Source: an uncultured virus (IMG/VR IMGVR_UViG_3300044843_001063)
Taxonomy: Duplodnaviria > Heunggongvirae > Uroviricota > Caudoviricetes
IMG/VR virus record: IMGVR_UViG_3300044843_001063
Length of the DNA: 55,669 bases
Direction: 5' to 3' (one strand)
Under the pieces are notes generated by a model. The model had not been told where the DNA came from, did no database searches, and was given only the letters and a program-made list of their open reading frames with translations. This document shows, one piece after another, positions 19,091 to 28,569 of the stretch (position 1 is its first letter; every line of letters begins with the position of its first letter). Made by a program: the position numbers and the translations under genes.

Positions 19091-19876
19091 ATGACTGATA
19101 ATTTCAGAGTTTCCGTATCTAAAACGAAAACTTTTTTAGATTGTAAGGCTAAGTTTAAATTCTCTTATGTTGAGAAGCTGCCGAAAAAAGATTGGGATTT
19201 CCATATTTTTGGTAAATTCTGTCACATGGTACTTGAAGAGTTTCATAAGGTTTATATTGAAGGTTCTGACGCTCCTTATCATGTAACCATGGGGCAATCA
19301 TATAAGTTAGCCTTGAAAGAATTTCAGGAGAAAATGACACCTGAAATGAAAAAAGAATGTTGGGCCATTATTGATCAATATTTAAGAAAGATTTCGGCCG
19401 AAAAAAATAATGGACATCCCGCGAATGTCATTGCGGTAGAAAAAAGATTTGAACTCCAAGTAGGAGAGACCATAGTTCTCAATGGTGCCATTGACAGAAT
19501 CCAATTGGATAGTGATGGAATTATTCATGTGGCAGACTATAAAACCAGTAAAAGTACCAAATATTTGAAAGATGATTTCTTTCAATTAATGACTTATGCG
19601 TATGTCATCATGTCCGATGACCCAACTATAGAAAAAGTTAGAGCGTCTTATGTCATGTTGCGTCATGATTTTGAGTATATTACAACTGAATTCCATAAAC
19701 CAGAAGTCATGGAAGTAGAAAAAAAGTATATTGATTATGTCAATCAAATGATGACAGAGAAGGAATTTAAGGCGAATCCGAGTGCATTGTGCAGATTCTG
19801 CGATTACGCCTCCTTGTGCCCGGAAGGAAAAAAAATGCTCGAACCCTCCCTTCGGTATGGCGAAGTGGCATGGTAA
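19091..19876 (+). CDS. PD-(D/E)XK RecB/AddB/Cas4-like exonuclease with probable Fe-S ligands
   Basis: FLDC, G..CH, VEKRF, GAIDRI, ADYKTS, QLMTY, LCRFCDYASLC. Confidence 0.9.
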   Translation: MTDNFRVSVSKTKTFLDCKAKFKFSYVEKLPKKDWDFHIFGKFCHMVLEEFHKVYIEGSDAPYHVTMGQSYKLALKEFQEKMTPEMKKECWAIIDQYLRKISAEKNNGHPANVIAVEKRFELQVGETIVLNGAIDRIQLDSDGIIHVADYKTSKSTKYLKDDFFQLMTYAYVIMSDDPTIEKVRASYVMLRHDFEYITTEFHKPEVMEVEKKYIDYVNQMMTEKEFKANPSALCRFCDYASLCPEGKKMLEPSLRYGEVAW

Positions 19877-20592
19877 CGGAATATAAAAACTGTACCAAAT
19901 GTAATCTTCAAAAGATATTTCCCGATGATTTTGCTAGTGGTAAATCTTTCTGTAAACAATGTAGAAATCTTTACTTAAAAAGTAAAAGAACACCTAAATT
20001 AAAAAGCAAACAATCTTCAGCAGAAAGACTGTTAAAAATAAAAGAATGGCAACGCAATAATCCGACCAGAAGACAATTAGCGATCCAAAAATACCACGCT
20101 TCTCATCTTACAGAAGAAAAGCGTTATTATCAAGATAATAAACATAAAATCCTAACTAGGATTAAAAATTGGAAATCTTCTAACAAGGAACATACTAATG
20201 CGTGGACTAGACACTATCGTCAACAACCTATCATTAAACTAAGACACACAGTTTCTGTGTTAATTAGATTTTACTTAAAAGGAATTAAGTCTGGCTCTGT
20301 TATTAATCATCTGCCCTATTCTATCGAAGAATTAAAACTTCATTTAGAACAACAATTCGAACCCTGGATGTCGTGGTCCAATTGGGGCGTTTATTGTCCC
20401 GAAAAATGGAACGATGATGATCCCTCTACTTGGACTTGGCAGTTAGACCACATTATCCCACATAGTAGCTTTATGTATACTTCCATGGAAGATTCGGCTT
20501 TTCAAGAATGTTGGGCCTTAAGTAATTTAAGGCCATTATCTGCTAAAAAAAATATTATAGAAGGCGCTAGAAAAATAAGTGTTATAGAATAA
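19870..20592 (+). CDS. HNH-type putative homing endonuclease, paralog of 18343
   Basis: Same C-terminal block (HLEQQFEPWM..WQLDHIIP..CWALSNLRPL); likely ATG at 19870. Confidence 0.85.
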   Translation: MVTEYKNCTKCNLQKIFPDDFASGKSFCKQCRNLYLKSKRTPKLKSKQSSAERLLKIKEWQRNNPTRRQLAIQKYHASHLTEEKRYYQDNKHKILTRIKNWKSSNKEHTNAWTRHYRQQPIIKLRHTVSVLIRFYLKGIKSGSVINHLPYSIEELKLHLEQQFEPWMSWSNWGVYCPEKWNDDDPSTWTWQLDHIIPHSSFMYTSMEDSAFQECWALSNLRPLSAKKNIIEGARKISVIE

Positions 20593-20625
20593 ATGTTACC
20601 AGTTAATTTTAACTAAAGAGGAAAT

Positions 20626-21873
20626 ATGCACATTGAAGTAAGAGAAATTGAGCCGTGTAAATTATGCGTTCAGTATACTGCTGAACCGAGTGAAATATCA
20701 GATAAAAAAGAAGAGGTGGTTGCTCGCTTTAAAAAAGCGCCTGTCTCTGGATTTCGGACTGGAAAAGTTCCGACAGATGTTATCAAAATGCATTATCGTA
20801 CCCAAATCGAAGATGCATTGAAAGTTGCTTTAGCTGAAGAGGCATATCATAATGCTTTATTCGAAAAAAAACTTCGACCTCATGGAGCACCGAAGCTAAA
20901 TTCAGCTATTTTAGTAGATGGTAAATTTGTCTGTGAATTTGAAATGCATACTAAACCAGAATTTCAACTCATGACTTATGATGGTATGCAGATTCCTCGA
21001 CCACATGAAGCCTTGACGGTGACGGAATTAACTGAAAAAATGTTACAGGAATTACGAGTCAAATATGGCGATTCTGTACCCTATGCCGATAATGAATTTG
21101 TCCAAGTTGGAGATACTGTGATTGTAGATTATGAAGGATCTATTAATGGTGAAGTATTGCCTCATTTGTCAGCCACTGGAGAAATGATTACAGTTGGCCA
21201 TAGTAATTTGCCGCAATTTGATGACAATGTCTTAGGGATGTCTATTGGTGAAACTAGAGAATTTGATATTGTAGTACCGCAAAATAGCTTACCTTCTCTC
21301 AGTGGCAAAACTGTACATTTAAAAGTAACTCTTAATATGGGTTCTAAAAATGTACCTCATCCATTAGATGATACCTTGGGTCAAAAATTAGGCAAGAAAG
21401 ACCTACAAGAATTAAGAATGGCCGTAGGCGCCACCGCGATGGCCACGGTAGAAAATAAAGTTAAGGAATCTATTAATGAAGCGGTAGCTATTAAATTAGT
21501 CGAGATGCATGAAATTAACGTTCCTAATTGGATGGCTTTATCAGAAGCTCAATATTTAGTCCATGGTGCTAAATTAGATTGGAATGCTTTGAGAGATGAA
21601 GATAAAGATATGTATGTAGCCATGGCGGCTAAGAATGTTAAGCTATCTCTGATTCTAGATAGAATTAGAGATGATAACCCAGAGGCACAACTAACTGATC
21701 AGGAAGTATTTGATATGATTAAGAGAAATCTAATGCAATCTAATATGCAACAACCATTAGAGCAAGTAGTGCAGCAAATGCAAAAGAGCGGCTATTTACA
21801 AGTATTGTTTGCTCGAATTAGAGATGAGCATGCGATGGATTTTGTGACTAAAAAAGTTCAACTTATTGATTGA
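20626..21873 (+). CDS. tig: Trigger factor
   Basis: Ribosome-binding signature GFRTGKVP, FKBP-like GDTVIVDYEG..F...VLGM.IGE, C-terminal helical domain. Confidence 0.9.
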   Translation: MHIEVREIEPCKLCVQYTAEPSEISDKKEEVVARFKKAPVSGFRTGKVPTDVIKMHYRTQIEDALKVALAEEAYHNALFEKKLRPHGAPKLNSAILVDGKFVCEFEMHTKPEFQLMTYDGMQIPRPHEALTVTELTEKMLQELRVKYGDSVPYADNEFVQVGDTVIVDYEGSINGEVLPHLSATGEMITVGHSNLPQFDDNVLGMSIGETREFDIVVPQNSLPSLSGKTVHLKVTLNMGSKNVPHPLDDTLGQKLGKKDLQELRMAVGATAMATVENKVKESINEAVAIKLVEMHEINVPNWMALSEAQYLVHGAKLDWNALRDEDKDMYVAMAAKNVKLSLILDRIRDDNPEAQLTDQEVFDMIKRNLMQSNMQQPLEQVVQQMQKSGYLQVLFARIRDEHAMDFVTKKVQLID

Positions 21874-22205
21874 GGAGATTAAATATGAGTAAGAAAAAAG
21901 ATACCCAAGCCCCTAGTTCGTTTCCAGAAAAATGGTTTAAAGTAGTTCAGGCAATGCCAGAATTTAAAGATATTGCTGATGCTGCGAGTATAGATGATTT
22001 AAAAAAAATTATCGTAGATTGTGAAGGCAATATCTATACTATTGACCAAGATAAAGAAAATAATAGCAAATTAATTGCGGCTCAAGAGTTGGTTAAAGAG
22101 TATAAAGCACCTTATACAGATGCTATTAAGGCTCAAACGGCTAAAATTAAATATGCATTATTCTTATTAGAAGGCAAAGGTGTCGACTTAGATAATAAGG
22201 ATTGA
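21870..22205 (+). CDS. Hypothetical helical protein (likely start at MSKKK)
   Basis: GAGGAG SD precedes the internal ATG. Confidence 0.7.
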   Translation: MRRLNMSKKKDTQAPSSFPEKWFKVVQAMPEFKDIADAASIDDLKKIIVDCEGNIYTIDQDKENNSKLIAAQELVKEYKAPYTDAIKAQTAKIKYALFLLEGKGVDLDNKD

Positions 22206-22206
22206 C

Positions 22207-22491
22207 GTGAAAGTAACTAAATTTAATATCCAATCCTGCTGTGGTAAAACCGCGATTATTTTTAAAACTGATAGGCCATTATCTAAAAATCATTTGGCTT
22301 TCTTGGTTTCTCAAGGTTTTAAAGAAACTCCACATTTTACTGCCGCAGGAATACTTTATGTGGATAATTCGGACTTTATTTTGAACGGCCCGTTAGGTTC
22401 TGATAGACTAACAGTTAAGTGCAAGAGAAATGAAGCTGAATGCACCCAAAAGATCAATAATTTGGAGGTGTTACTTCAGCAGGTGGAGTAA
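22207..22491 (+). CDS. Hypothetical protein
   Basis: ORF tightly packed between neighbours. Confidence 0.65.
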   Translation: MKVTKFNIQSCCGKTAIIFKTDRPLSKNHLAFLVSQGFKETPHFTAAGILYVDNSDFILNGPLGSDRLTVKCKRNEAECTQKINNLEVLLQQVE

Positions 22492-22494
22492 ACC

Positions 22495-23157
22495 ATGGCT
22501 AGTAGCACTAATTCCATTGTTCATGTTAGAAAAAAGTTTCATTCCTTGCATGATTTAATATCTACTTCCTACCATGAGGCAGGCCATACTATTTATGGCT
22601 TACTTCATGGTATGAATGTTGAATCGGTGCAAGTCTTTGAAAATAAGAAAACCAAAAGAATTGATGGAATTACCTATTATAATCCTCCTGAATTAGACGA
22701 AATTCAGGATGAACAATTAAAATTGGCCCTGGCTGAAAGCGAGGTTTGCCTGTGTTATGCAGGATTAATATCCGAAAAAAAGCTATTTAAATCTATTTCT
22801 GGATTAGATTCTTTCCCTATGTTTCTAAAAAATGGCTCCTCGACTGATATCGCTGAAGCCTTATCTATTATAATTAAATTTAATTTAGCCGAACCGGGTC
22901 TTAAAAGATACCAATATAAGAAGAAATTAATTAAAAAAATTAATCAAGAGTTAACAGAACACTGGGATGCTGTGACGGCAGTGGCTCATTCCTTAAATAA
23001 TAAAAAAAGAATCAACTTCTTTGAATTAAAAGAATTGTTAATTAAAAAAACTAACCATCGAGAATTTTGGAAGCAAAAGTTTAAAATTCAGGAAAAATTA
23101 TATATAAATCGTACCGACCTTGACGAAATAAAAATAAAATCTATCTTGTTACCTTAA
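22495..23157 (+). CDS. Stand-alone peptidase M41 (FtsH protease domain)-like protein
   Basis: YHEAGH, YAGLISE (cf. LAGRAAE), GSSTD (cf. GASND). Confidence 0.75.
   Translation: MASSTNSIVHVRKKFHSLHDLISTSYHEAGHTIYGLLHGMNVESVQVFENKKTKRIDGITYYNPPELDEIQDEQLKLALAESEVCLCYAGLISEKKLFKSISGLDSFPMFLKNGSSTDIAEALSIIIKFNLAEPGLKRYQYKKKLIKKINQELTEHWDAVTAVAHSLNNKKRINFFELKELLIKKTNHREFWKQKFKIQEKLYINRTDLDEIKIKSILLP
23120..23147 (+). promoter_or_regulatory. Candidate sigma70-like promoter for dnaE
   Basis: TTGACG-16 nt-TATCTT. Confidence 0.35.
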
Positions 23158-23171
23158 CCGTATTCCCTGGT

Positions 23172-23230
23172 GCTGCATACGCCGACTATTCTTAGTCGGA
23201 ATAACTCATTTGTGAGTTGATATGTATAGC
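23172..23230 (+). promoter_or_regulatory. Structured leader upstream of dnaE (two hairpins, possible closing stem)
   Basis: CCGACTA/TAGTCGG and AACTCA/TGAGTT stems; GCTGCATA may pair with TATGT(AT)AGC. Confidence 0.45.
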
Positions 23231-23259
23231 CTCATAATACTTACCTATAAAGATATAAT

Positions 23260-26200
23260 ATGACTGACTTTGTCTCGTTACATAATCAGACGGATTTCTC
23301 TATTCTTGATTCTTTAATGTCCCCCAAAGCACTCTTTAATCGAGCCAAAGAATTGGGCCAATCTGCAGTCGCAGTCACAGATCACGGCACACTAGCCGGA
23401 GCCTGGGATTCCTTAAAAGCTTCCCGAGAGACTGGCGTTAAACTTATTATGGGCTGTGAAATCTACTTTGTAGAAGATGCCCAAAATATTACCGATAAAT
23501 TTAGACATTTAACCCTGTTAGCTAAAAATGCTAATGGTTATAAGAACTTACTCACTCTCAATAAAAAGGGCTTTGATCAGGGCTCTTTTATTGGCAAGAG
23601 AGTATATCCTATTGTCGATTGGAAGTTGTTAGAACAATGTTATAACGGGCTAATTTGTCTCACTGGTTGTGGCAATGGAATCATTAGCCAATTATTAATG
23701 AATAAAAAGTTTGATGAAGTAGAAACTACTGTCCTGAAACTGAAACAGTTATTTGGAGATAATTTAGGCATTGAAATTCTTCCCAATAATATGAAGCGGG
23801 GCTCTAATATTTATAATGATGAAATTGATCAACAATTTCTCAATATGAAGCTGATTAATTTGGGCAAAACACACAATATTAAAATTGTGCCCACCTGCAA
23901 TGCTCATTATGTGAAGAAAGAAGATCATGATATTCATGATGTTTTTCTAGCTATTGGTTCTCATCAACCAAAATATTCTAATTTTAGAATTAAATATAAT
24001 GTACCAGATTTTTATCTTAAATCTGCCGAAGAAGTTAAAAACTTCTTTGCTAGAAATCATGGCGAAGAATTAGCAGAAGAATGGTGTAATAATACGGTAT
24101 ATTTCGCCAATTTATGCGAAACTCCAGATTGGATTGACCCTAAATACTCTAATCCTTCTGGAAAAGAATTACCGATCTTCCCGGTCAAAGATGAGACAGA
24201 TTATCCTGAATTTGTACACTGGCTGGAACTTCAACCGCCAGAAGTTAAATTATTAGATATTGATAAACAATATTTGAGATTTAAATGTCAAGCCGCTTTT
24301 TCCTCTCGTATTAAGGATTTATCTCCTGATAATATGGAAAACTATCAACAGCGCTTGTTAGAAGAGCTAGATGTTATTGAATATCATGGCTTTTCTAGCT
24401 ACATGTTAATTGTGGCAGATTATATTAATTGGGCTCGTCGTAATGAGATTGCCGTAGGAGAAGGTCGAGGCTGCCTCACGGGTGATACCCAAGTCTTAAC
24501 TACTCAAGGATTTAAATTAATCAAAGACCTGTCTGTGACAGATACTGTGTTTAGTCATACTGGAAATATGAAAACTATTTCTAAATTATTTAAATTTGAC
24601 GTATCCAATGAAAAATTATTAAAGTTTAAAACACAGCAATCGTTTACGGACCTCACCATGACTTCGGATCATAAGGTGCTAATTGCTAAATCTCAAGATT
24701 TAGATAAATATTATTTTTACCCACCTAAAAAAGTTAAAGGTAAAATTAAAAGCTTTAATCCCCACTTGGAATGGGTGCCGGCTCACCAAATAAAAGTAGG
24801 AGATTATTTCTTTACTCCTAAATTAAATCGTTCCATTGACAACTTATCAGATATTGATCTTGCTCAATACAGCGACTCAATCATAGAAAATGATTTTATT
24901 GTCAGCAAAATTTACTTTACTAGCCCCCTCTCTTTACGCGCTTTACATAAAGTATCTCCAATCAGCTTTGAAAGTTTGAGAAAAATCAAAAATAACAAAC
25001 CTATTGCTGATACACAAATTAATTTACTTCAACAATACCTGTCTTCTACTGGGTCGTCTCTTCAAGATTTTGTCAATCATAAAAACTATAAATATAGCCG
25101 AATTCAAAGATTTATTAAAATTGATAATGATTTCGCTTATTTATTAGGCCGATGGATCGGTGATGGATCCTTTCATGGAAATAAAGGGATTTCTATCTGT
25201 TTTAATAGTAAAGATATCGTAGGTCGAGAAAAAATAAAATCCTATCTCACTAAACTAGGATTTTATGTCTGCCAAGAAAATAGAAAAAATAATAATACCT
25301 TATTAACTGTTTCTAATAAGGCTATGTATTCTTTATTTAAAGAATTATTTCCGAATTATCATAGTTCTCAAACTAAACATATGCCAAATATTTTTCGTTT
25401 ATTTTCTGATGAACTAATTCGTCATCTGTTATTAGGATTATTAGAATCAGATGGTTGTGTTAATAATTATGAAAAAATAAAAACTACTAGCCAAACTTTA
25501 GCTCTGCAAGTAAAAGAAGCGTTAAATTATTTATCACTCCCCTCCTCTATTTATACAGAAGAAAACCCGAAAAGATATCAAGTAGCTACCTCTACTGCTT
25601 TTACCATTGCTTTTAATGGAATTAAAACTAAACCTAATCCACATATCCACCGAACAAATCAAGGTTTTTATAGTAAAGTAGTTAGTATAGTGGAAACTAC
25701 TGCTGATTTTGTCTATGATTTTACTGTTCCAGATGATCATAGCTATCTTACTACCAGTGGAATAGTTCATAATAGTGTAGGAGGCTCTTTAATTGCTTTC
25801 TTACTAGGAATTCATCAAGCAGACCCGATTAAGTATGATCTGATTTTTGCTCGATTTCATAATAAGGAGAAGAGCAGCTTTCCGGATATAGACACCGACT
25901 TCGCCCCCTCAGGTCGCGAAAAAGTCCAAGCCTATGTTCGCCAAAAATATGGAGAGGAACACGTAGCCCACGTCTCTAACGTTAATACTATTACCCCCAA
26001 GGTGTATGTTCGCGATATTGCGAGAGCCTGCGAATTAGGCGGCTCCAGAGAAGAAGCCGTTCGGATTGGTAATGATGTTGCCGATTGCATTCCATCAGAT
26101 ATTCATTCCATTGATGATGCGTTAGCTAAAGTTCCATTATTTGCTGAATATTGTAAAAAATATCCAGAATTAGAAAAGTATAAAAGCATTTGCGGAAAAT

Positions 26201-27246
26201 ATCGAGCTTGGTCTACTCATGCCGGAGGAATTATTATTTCTGCCCGACCACTAACCGGATTAATTCCCCTGAGACGAGATAAAGATGGTGCCCTAGCTAT
26301 TGAATATGATAAAGATAAAGCAGAAGAAAACGGTCTAGTTAAAATGGATACTTTAGGTCTCTCCACTTTAGATATTATTGGAGAAACTTATCGTATTATT
26401 AAAGAACGCGGCAAAGAAGTGCCTCCCGATCAATTAGATTATGATGTTCATGATGCTCCTTCTTATGATTTGATTGCTAATGGCGATACCTTTTGCGTCT
26501 TTCAATTAGGGACTAGTGCTGGTACCGTAGACTTATGCCGTCGAATTAAACCAGATAGTATCAATGATTTAGCCAATATTAATGCCTTGGCCCGACCCTC
26601 CGCTCGTGAGATGAGAAATGATTTCATTAAAACTAAAAATGGAGGTAAGCCGGTTGCTTTATTGCATTCTAAATTAGCTCGAGCTTTTAATAGTACTTAT
26701 GGCTTCGGATTATATGAAGAATGTTTAATGTATCTGGCTCAAGATATTGCTGGTTGGAGCTTGCACTCAGCTGATAGATTAAGAAAATTAACTAAAGAAA
26801 AAGGTAAGAATCCTAAAAAGGTCCAACAATGGAAAGCAGAATTTATTGCTGATTCTGTTAAAATGGGCGTTCAAGAATTAATTGCTCAACGTATATGGAG
26901 TGAGGTAATTGAGCCTTTCCAGGGATATGGGTTCAACCGTTCCTTGTCCCTTTTTGAAATGATTGATATATATTCTAATGATGGTAGATTTATAAAGTCT
27001 AAACCTATAGGAGAAGTAAAACCAGGAGAATATGTGCGTTCACGAGATGAAGCTACTCAAAAAGAGATTTTTGTCGAAGTAAAGGCGAATCATGATCATG
27101 GTATTTTACCTTTAGTAGAGGTAGAATTAGAAACCGGCGAAACAGTCAAATGTACTATGGATCATAAGTTTAGAATTCAAGAAAATAAAGAGATGGTGCC
27201 ATTATGGCAAATCTTAAGAGACAATTTATCAATAGTGTTAGGTTAA
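23260..27246 (+). CDS. dnaE: DNA polymerase III alpha, N-terminal part (contains one cis intein, ends in split-intein N fragment)
   Basis: PHP domain (LHNQTDFS, AVTDHG), GRG|S, FPDIDTDF, HAGGII, LVKMDTLGL, YGFNR. Confidence 0.97.
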   Translation: MTDFVSLHNQTDFSILDSLMSPKALFNRAKELGQSAVAVTDHGTLAGAWDSLKASRETGVKLIMGCEIYFVEDAQNITDKFRHLTLLAKNANGYKNLLTLNKKGFDQGSFIGKRVYPIVDWKLLEQCYNGLICLTGCGNGIISQLLMNKKFDEVETTVLKLKQLFGDNLGIEILPNNMKRGSNIYNDEIDQQFLNMKLINLGKTHNIKIVPTCNAHYVKKEDHDIHDVFLAIGSHQPKYSNFRIKYNVPDFYLKSAEEVKNFFARNHGEELAEEWCNNTVYFANLCETPDWIDPKYSNPSGKELPIFPVKDETDYPEFVHWLELQPPEVKLLDIDKQYLRFKCQAAFSSRIKDLSPDNMENYQQRLLEELDVIEYHGFSSYMLIVADYINWARRNEIAVGEGRGCLTGDTQVLTTQGFKLIKDLSVTDTVFSHTGNMKTISKLFKFDVSNEKLLKFKTQQSFTDLTMTSDHKVLIAKSQDLDKYYFYPPKKVKGKIKSFNPHLEWVPAHQIKVGDYFFTPKLNRSIDNLSDIDLAQYSDSIIENDFIVSKIYFTSPLSLRALHKVSPISFESLRKIKNNKPIADTQINLLQQYLSSTGSSLQDFVNHKNYKYSRIQRFIKIDNDFAYLLGRWIGDGSFHGNKGISICFNSKDIVGREKIKSYLTKLGFYVCQENRKNNNTLLTVSNKAMYSLFKELFPNYHSSQTKHMPNIFRLFSDELIRHLLLGLLESDGCVNNYEKIKTTSQTLALQVKEALNYLSLPSSIYTEENPKRYQVATSTAFTIAFNGIKTKPNPHIHRTNQGFYSKVVSIVETTADFVYDFTVPDDHSYLTTSGIVHNSVGGSLIAFLLGIHQADPIKYDLIFARFHNKEKSSFPDIDTDFAPSGREKVQAYVRQKYGEEHVAHVSNVNTITPKVYVRDIARACELGGSREEAVRIGNDVADCIPSDIHSIDDALAKVPLFAEYCKKYPELEKYKSICGKYRAWSTHAGGIIISARPLTGLIPLRRDKDGALAIEYDKDKAEENGLVKMDTLGLSTLDIIGETYRIIKERGKEVPPDQLDYDVHDAPSYDLIANGDTFCVFQLGTSAGTVDLCRRIKPDSINDLANINALARPSAREMRNDFIKTKNGGKPVALLHSKLARAFNSTYGFGLYEECLMYLAQDIAGWSLHSADRLRKLTKEKGKNPKKVQQWKAEFIADSVKMGVQELIAQRIWSEVIEPFQGYGFNRSLSLFEMIDIYSNDGRFIKSKPIGEVKPGEYVRSRDEATQKEIFVEVKANHDHGILPLVEVELETGETVKCTMDHKFRIQENKEMVPLWQILRDNLSIVLG
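24472..25773 (+). mobile_element. 434-aa intein with LAGLIDADG endonuclease
   Basis: GRG|CLTGDT...TSDH...LLGRWIGDG...LLGLLESDG...VYDFTV..HSY....IVHN|SVGGSL. Confidence 0.95.
26941..27243 (+). mobile_element. Split intein N fragment (101 aa, begins with Ser)
   Basis: YGFNR|SLSL...HDHG...LETGETVKCTMDHKF (block B TxxH)...then a stop codon. Confidence 0.9.
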
Positions 27247-27247
27247 A

Positions 27248-28462
27248 ATGGGAAATGTCAGCAAACCAATAGATTATTATCTTCAAAAAATTCCAGAACC
27301 ATTTAGATCAAATGTTTCTTTAATGGAAGACTATCAAGGTAATAGAACTAAAATATCTTTTAATTTTTCATGTGGGTGTCAGATACAAGAACAATTTAAG
27401 GTTTTTCTTAAGAGGCCGCGATTTGATTTTTGCACCTCATGTGCTAAGAAAAATAGTCAAACTTATAGTTGTCAGTATTGCTGTCAAGAATTTACTGTGC
27501 AACGACATTTGGAAAATTGTCAGCAAAAATGCCAAAATAAATATGCACAACTCATTTTGGGTACAGATTATGTAATTTGCCAGATTTGTAATTTACATGC
27601 AAGAAGTCTAGGGGCACATGTTACTAAGAAGCACAATATATCTCATAAAGAATATCGTGAAAAATATGGAAGTTTAATTTGCACTGAGGCTTCTAAAAAT
27701 TATAAAGAAAGCGGTCAATATAATAGAGAGTGGATTACTCGTGCTCATTTAAATGGCACAGATTTAACCGAATATAGAAAAAAGTTATCTACAGCTGTTA
27801 AAGAGGCAATAATGTCAAATCCGGAAGAACGAAAAAGACGTTCCGAGTTAATGGCTACTATTAATAAAACAGAGAATATGCGGATTAAATCTTCTAAATC
27901 GGCCAAAATAACCTCTGCTAAACCAGAAATTTTAGAAAAAAGAACTAAGCAATTACAAAAATGGAGAGAAGAAAACCCAGAGTTATTTTATAACCAATGT
28001 ACCGCTCCAATGATTAAATCATTTCAAAGTAAACCAGAAAGAATATTATTTAATTATTTCTCGCAATTAAAACCTTTTAATTTTAAAAGAAACCAATTTA
28101 TAAAATCTAAGTATTTTACTAATTTTTCTAAGAAGAAACAAGTAGATATAATTGATTTGGATAATAGAATTTATATAGAGTTTGATGGTAAAGTTCATTT
28201 TAAGCCTATTTTTGGCGATTCTGTTCTCTTAAAAACTAAATTAAGAGATCAAGAATTAGAAAAAGTTATTACATCTAACAATTGGATTCTAATTAGAATT
28301 AGCTACGATCAATTTGTTTATACTACTAAAAATATTAATAAAATTAAACATGATGCATCTTATTTCAAACCAGAAAGCCTTCAACAAATAGAAGCAATAC
28401 TTAAATCAAAGCAACCAGGTGTTTACAAAATCGGAGAGGCATATAATAGCTCAAAATCATGA
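27248..28462 (+). CDS. Free-standing putative homing endonuclease (zinc fingers plus Vsr/DUF559-like PD-(D/E)XK domain) between the dnaE halves
   Basis: CQIC..H...H, SKPE, QVDII...IYIEFDGKVHF, RD......W.LIRI. Confidence 0.8.
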   Translation: MGNVSKPIDYYLQKIPEPFRSNVSLMEDYQGNRTKISFNFSCGCQIQEQFKVFLKRPRFDFCTSCAKKNSQTYSCQYCCQEFTVQRHLENCQQKCQNKYAQLILGTDYVICQICNLHARSLGAHVTKKHNISHKEYREKYGSLICTEASKNYKESGQYNREWITRAHLNGTDLTEYRKKLSTAVKEAIMSNPEERKRRSELMATINKTENMRIKSSKSAKITSAKPEILEKRTKQLQKWREENPELFYNQCTAPMIKSFQSKPERILFNYFSQLKPFNFKRNQFIKSKYFTNFSKKKQVDIIDLDNRIYIEFDGKVHFKPIFGDSVLLKTKLRDQELEKVITSNNWILIRISYDQFVYTTKNINKIKHDASYFKPESLQQIEAILKSKQPGVYKIGEAYNSSKS

Positions 28463-28569
28463 CTAATATTAAAACTATTAAATACATTGGCAATCATGCT
28501 ACGTGTGATTTGGAAGTAGATCATCCGGATCATCAATTCTACTTATCGAATGGAATGTTAACCTCAAAC
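28459..28569 (+). mobile_element. Split intein C fragment (37 aa)
   Basis: MTNIKTIKYIGNHATCDLEVDHPDHQFYLSNGMLTSN|S. Confidence 0.92.

Noticed and set aside
19091..19876. Cas4 as part of a CRISPR-Cas system, with TnpB read as Cas12f
   Set aside because: No array or cas1/cas2. Solo Cas4-like nucleases are common in phage replication modules, and the TnpB has IS ends.
23160..23240. Hammerhead ribozyme or tRNA in the dnaE leader
   Set aside because: No CUGANGA/GAAA core and no T-loop or cloverleaf. I found no tRNA or rRNA anywhere in the window.
27244..28458. Stop-codon recoding, frameshift or group I intron explaining the dnaE break
   Set aside because: Clean intein N and C fragments flank the break, all three stop codons end genes normally elsewhere, and the middle ORF fills the gap with no room for intron core structure.
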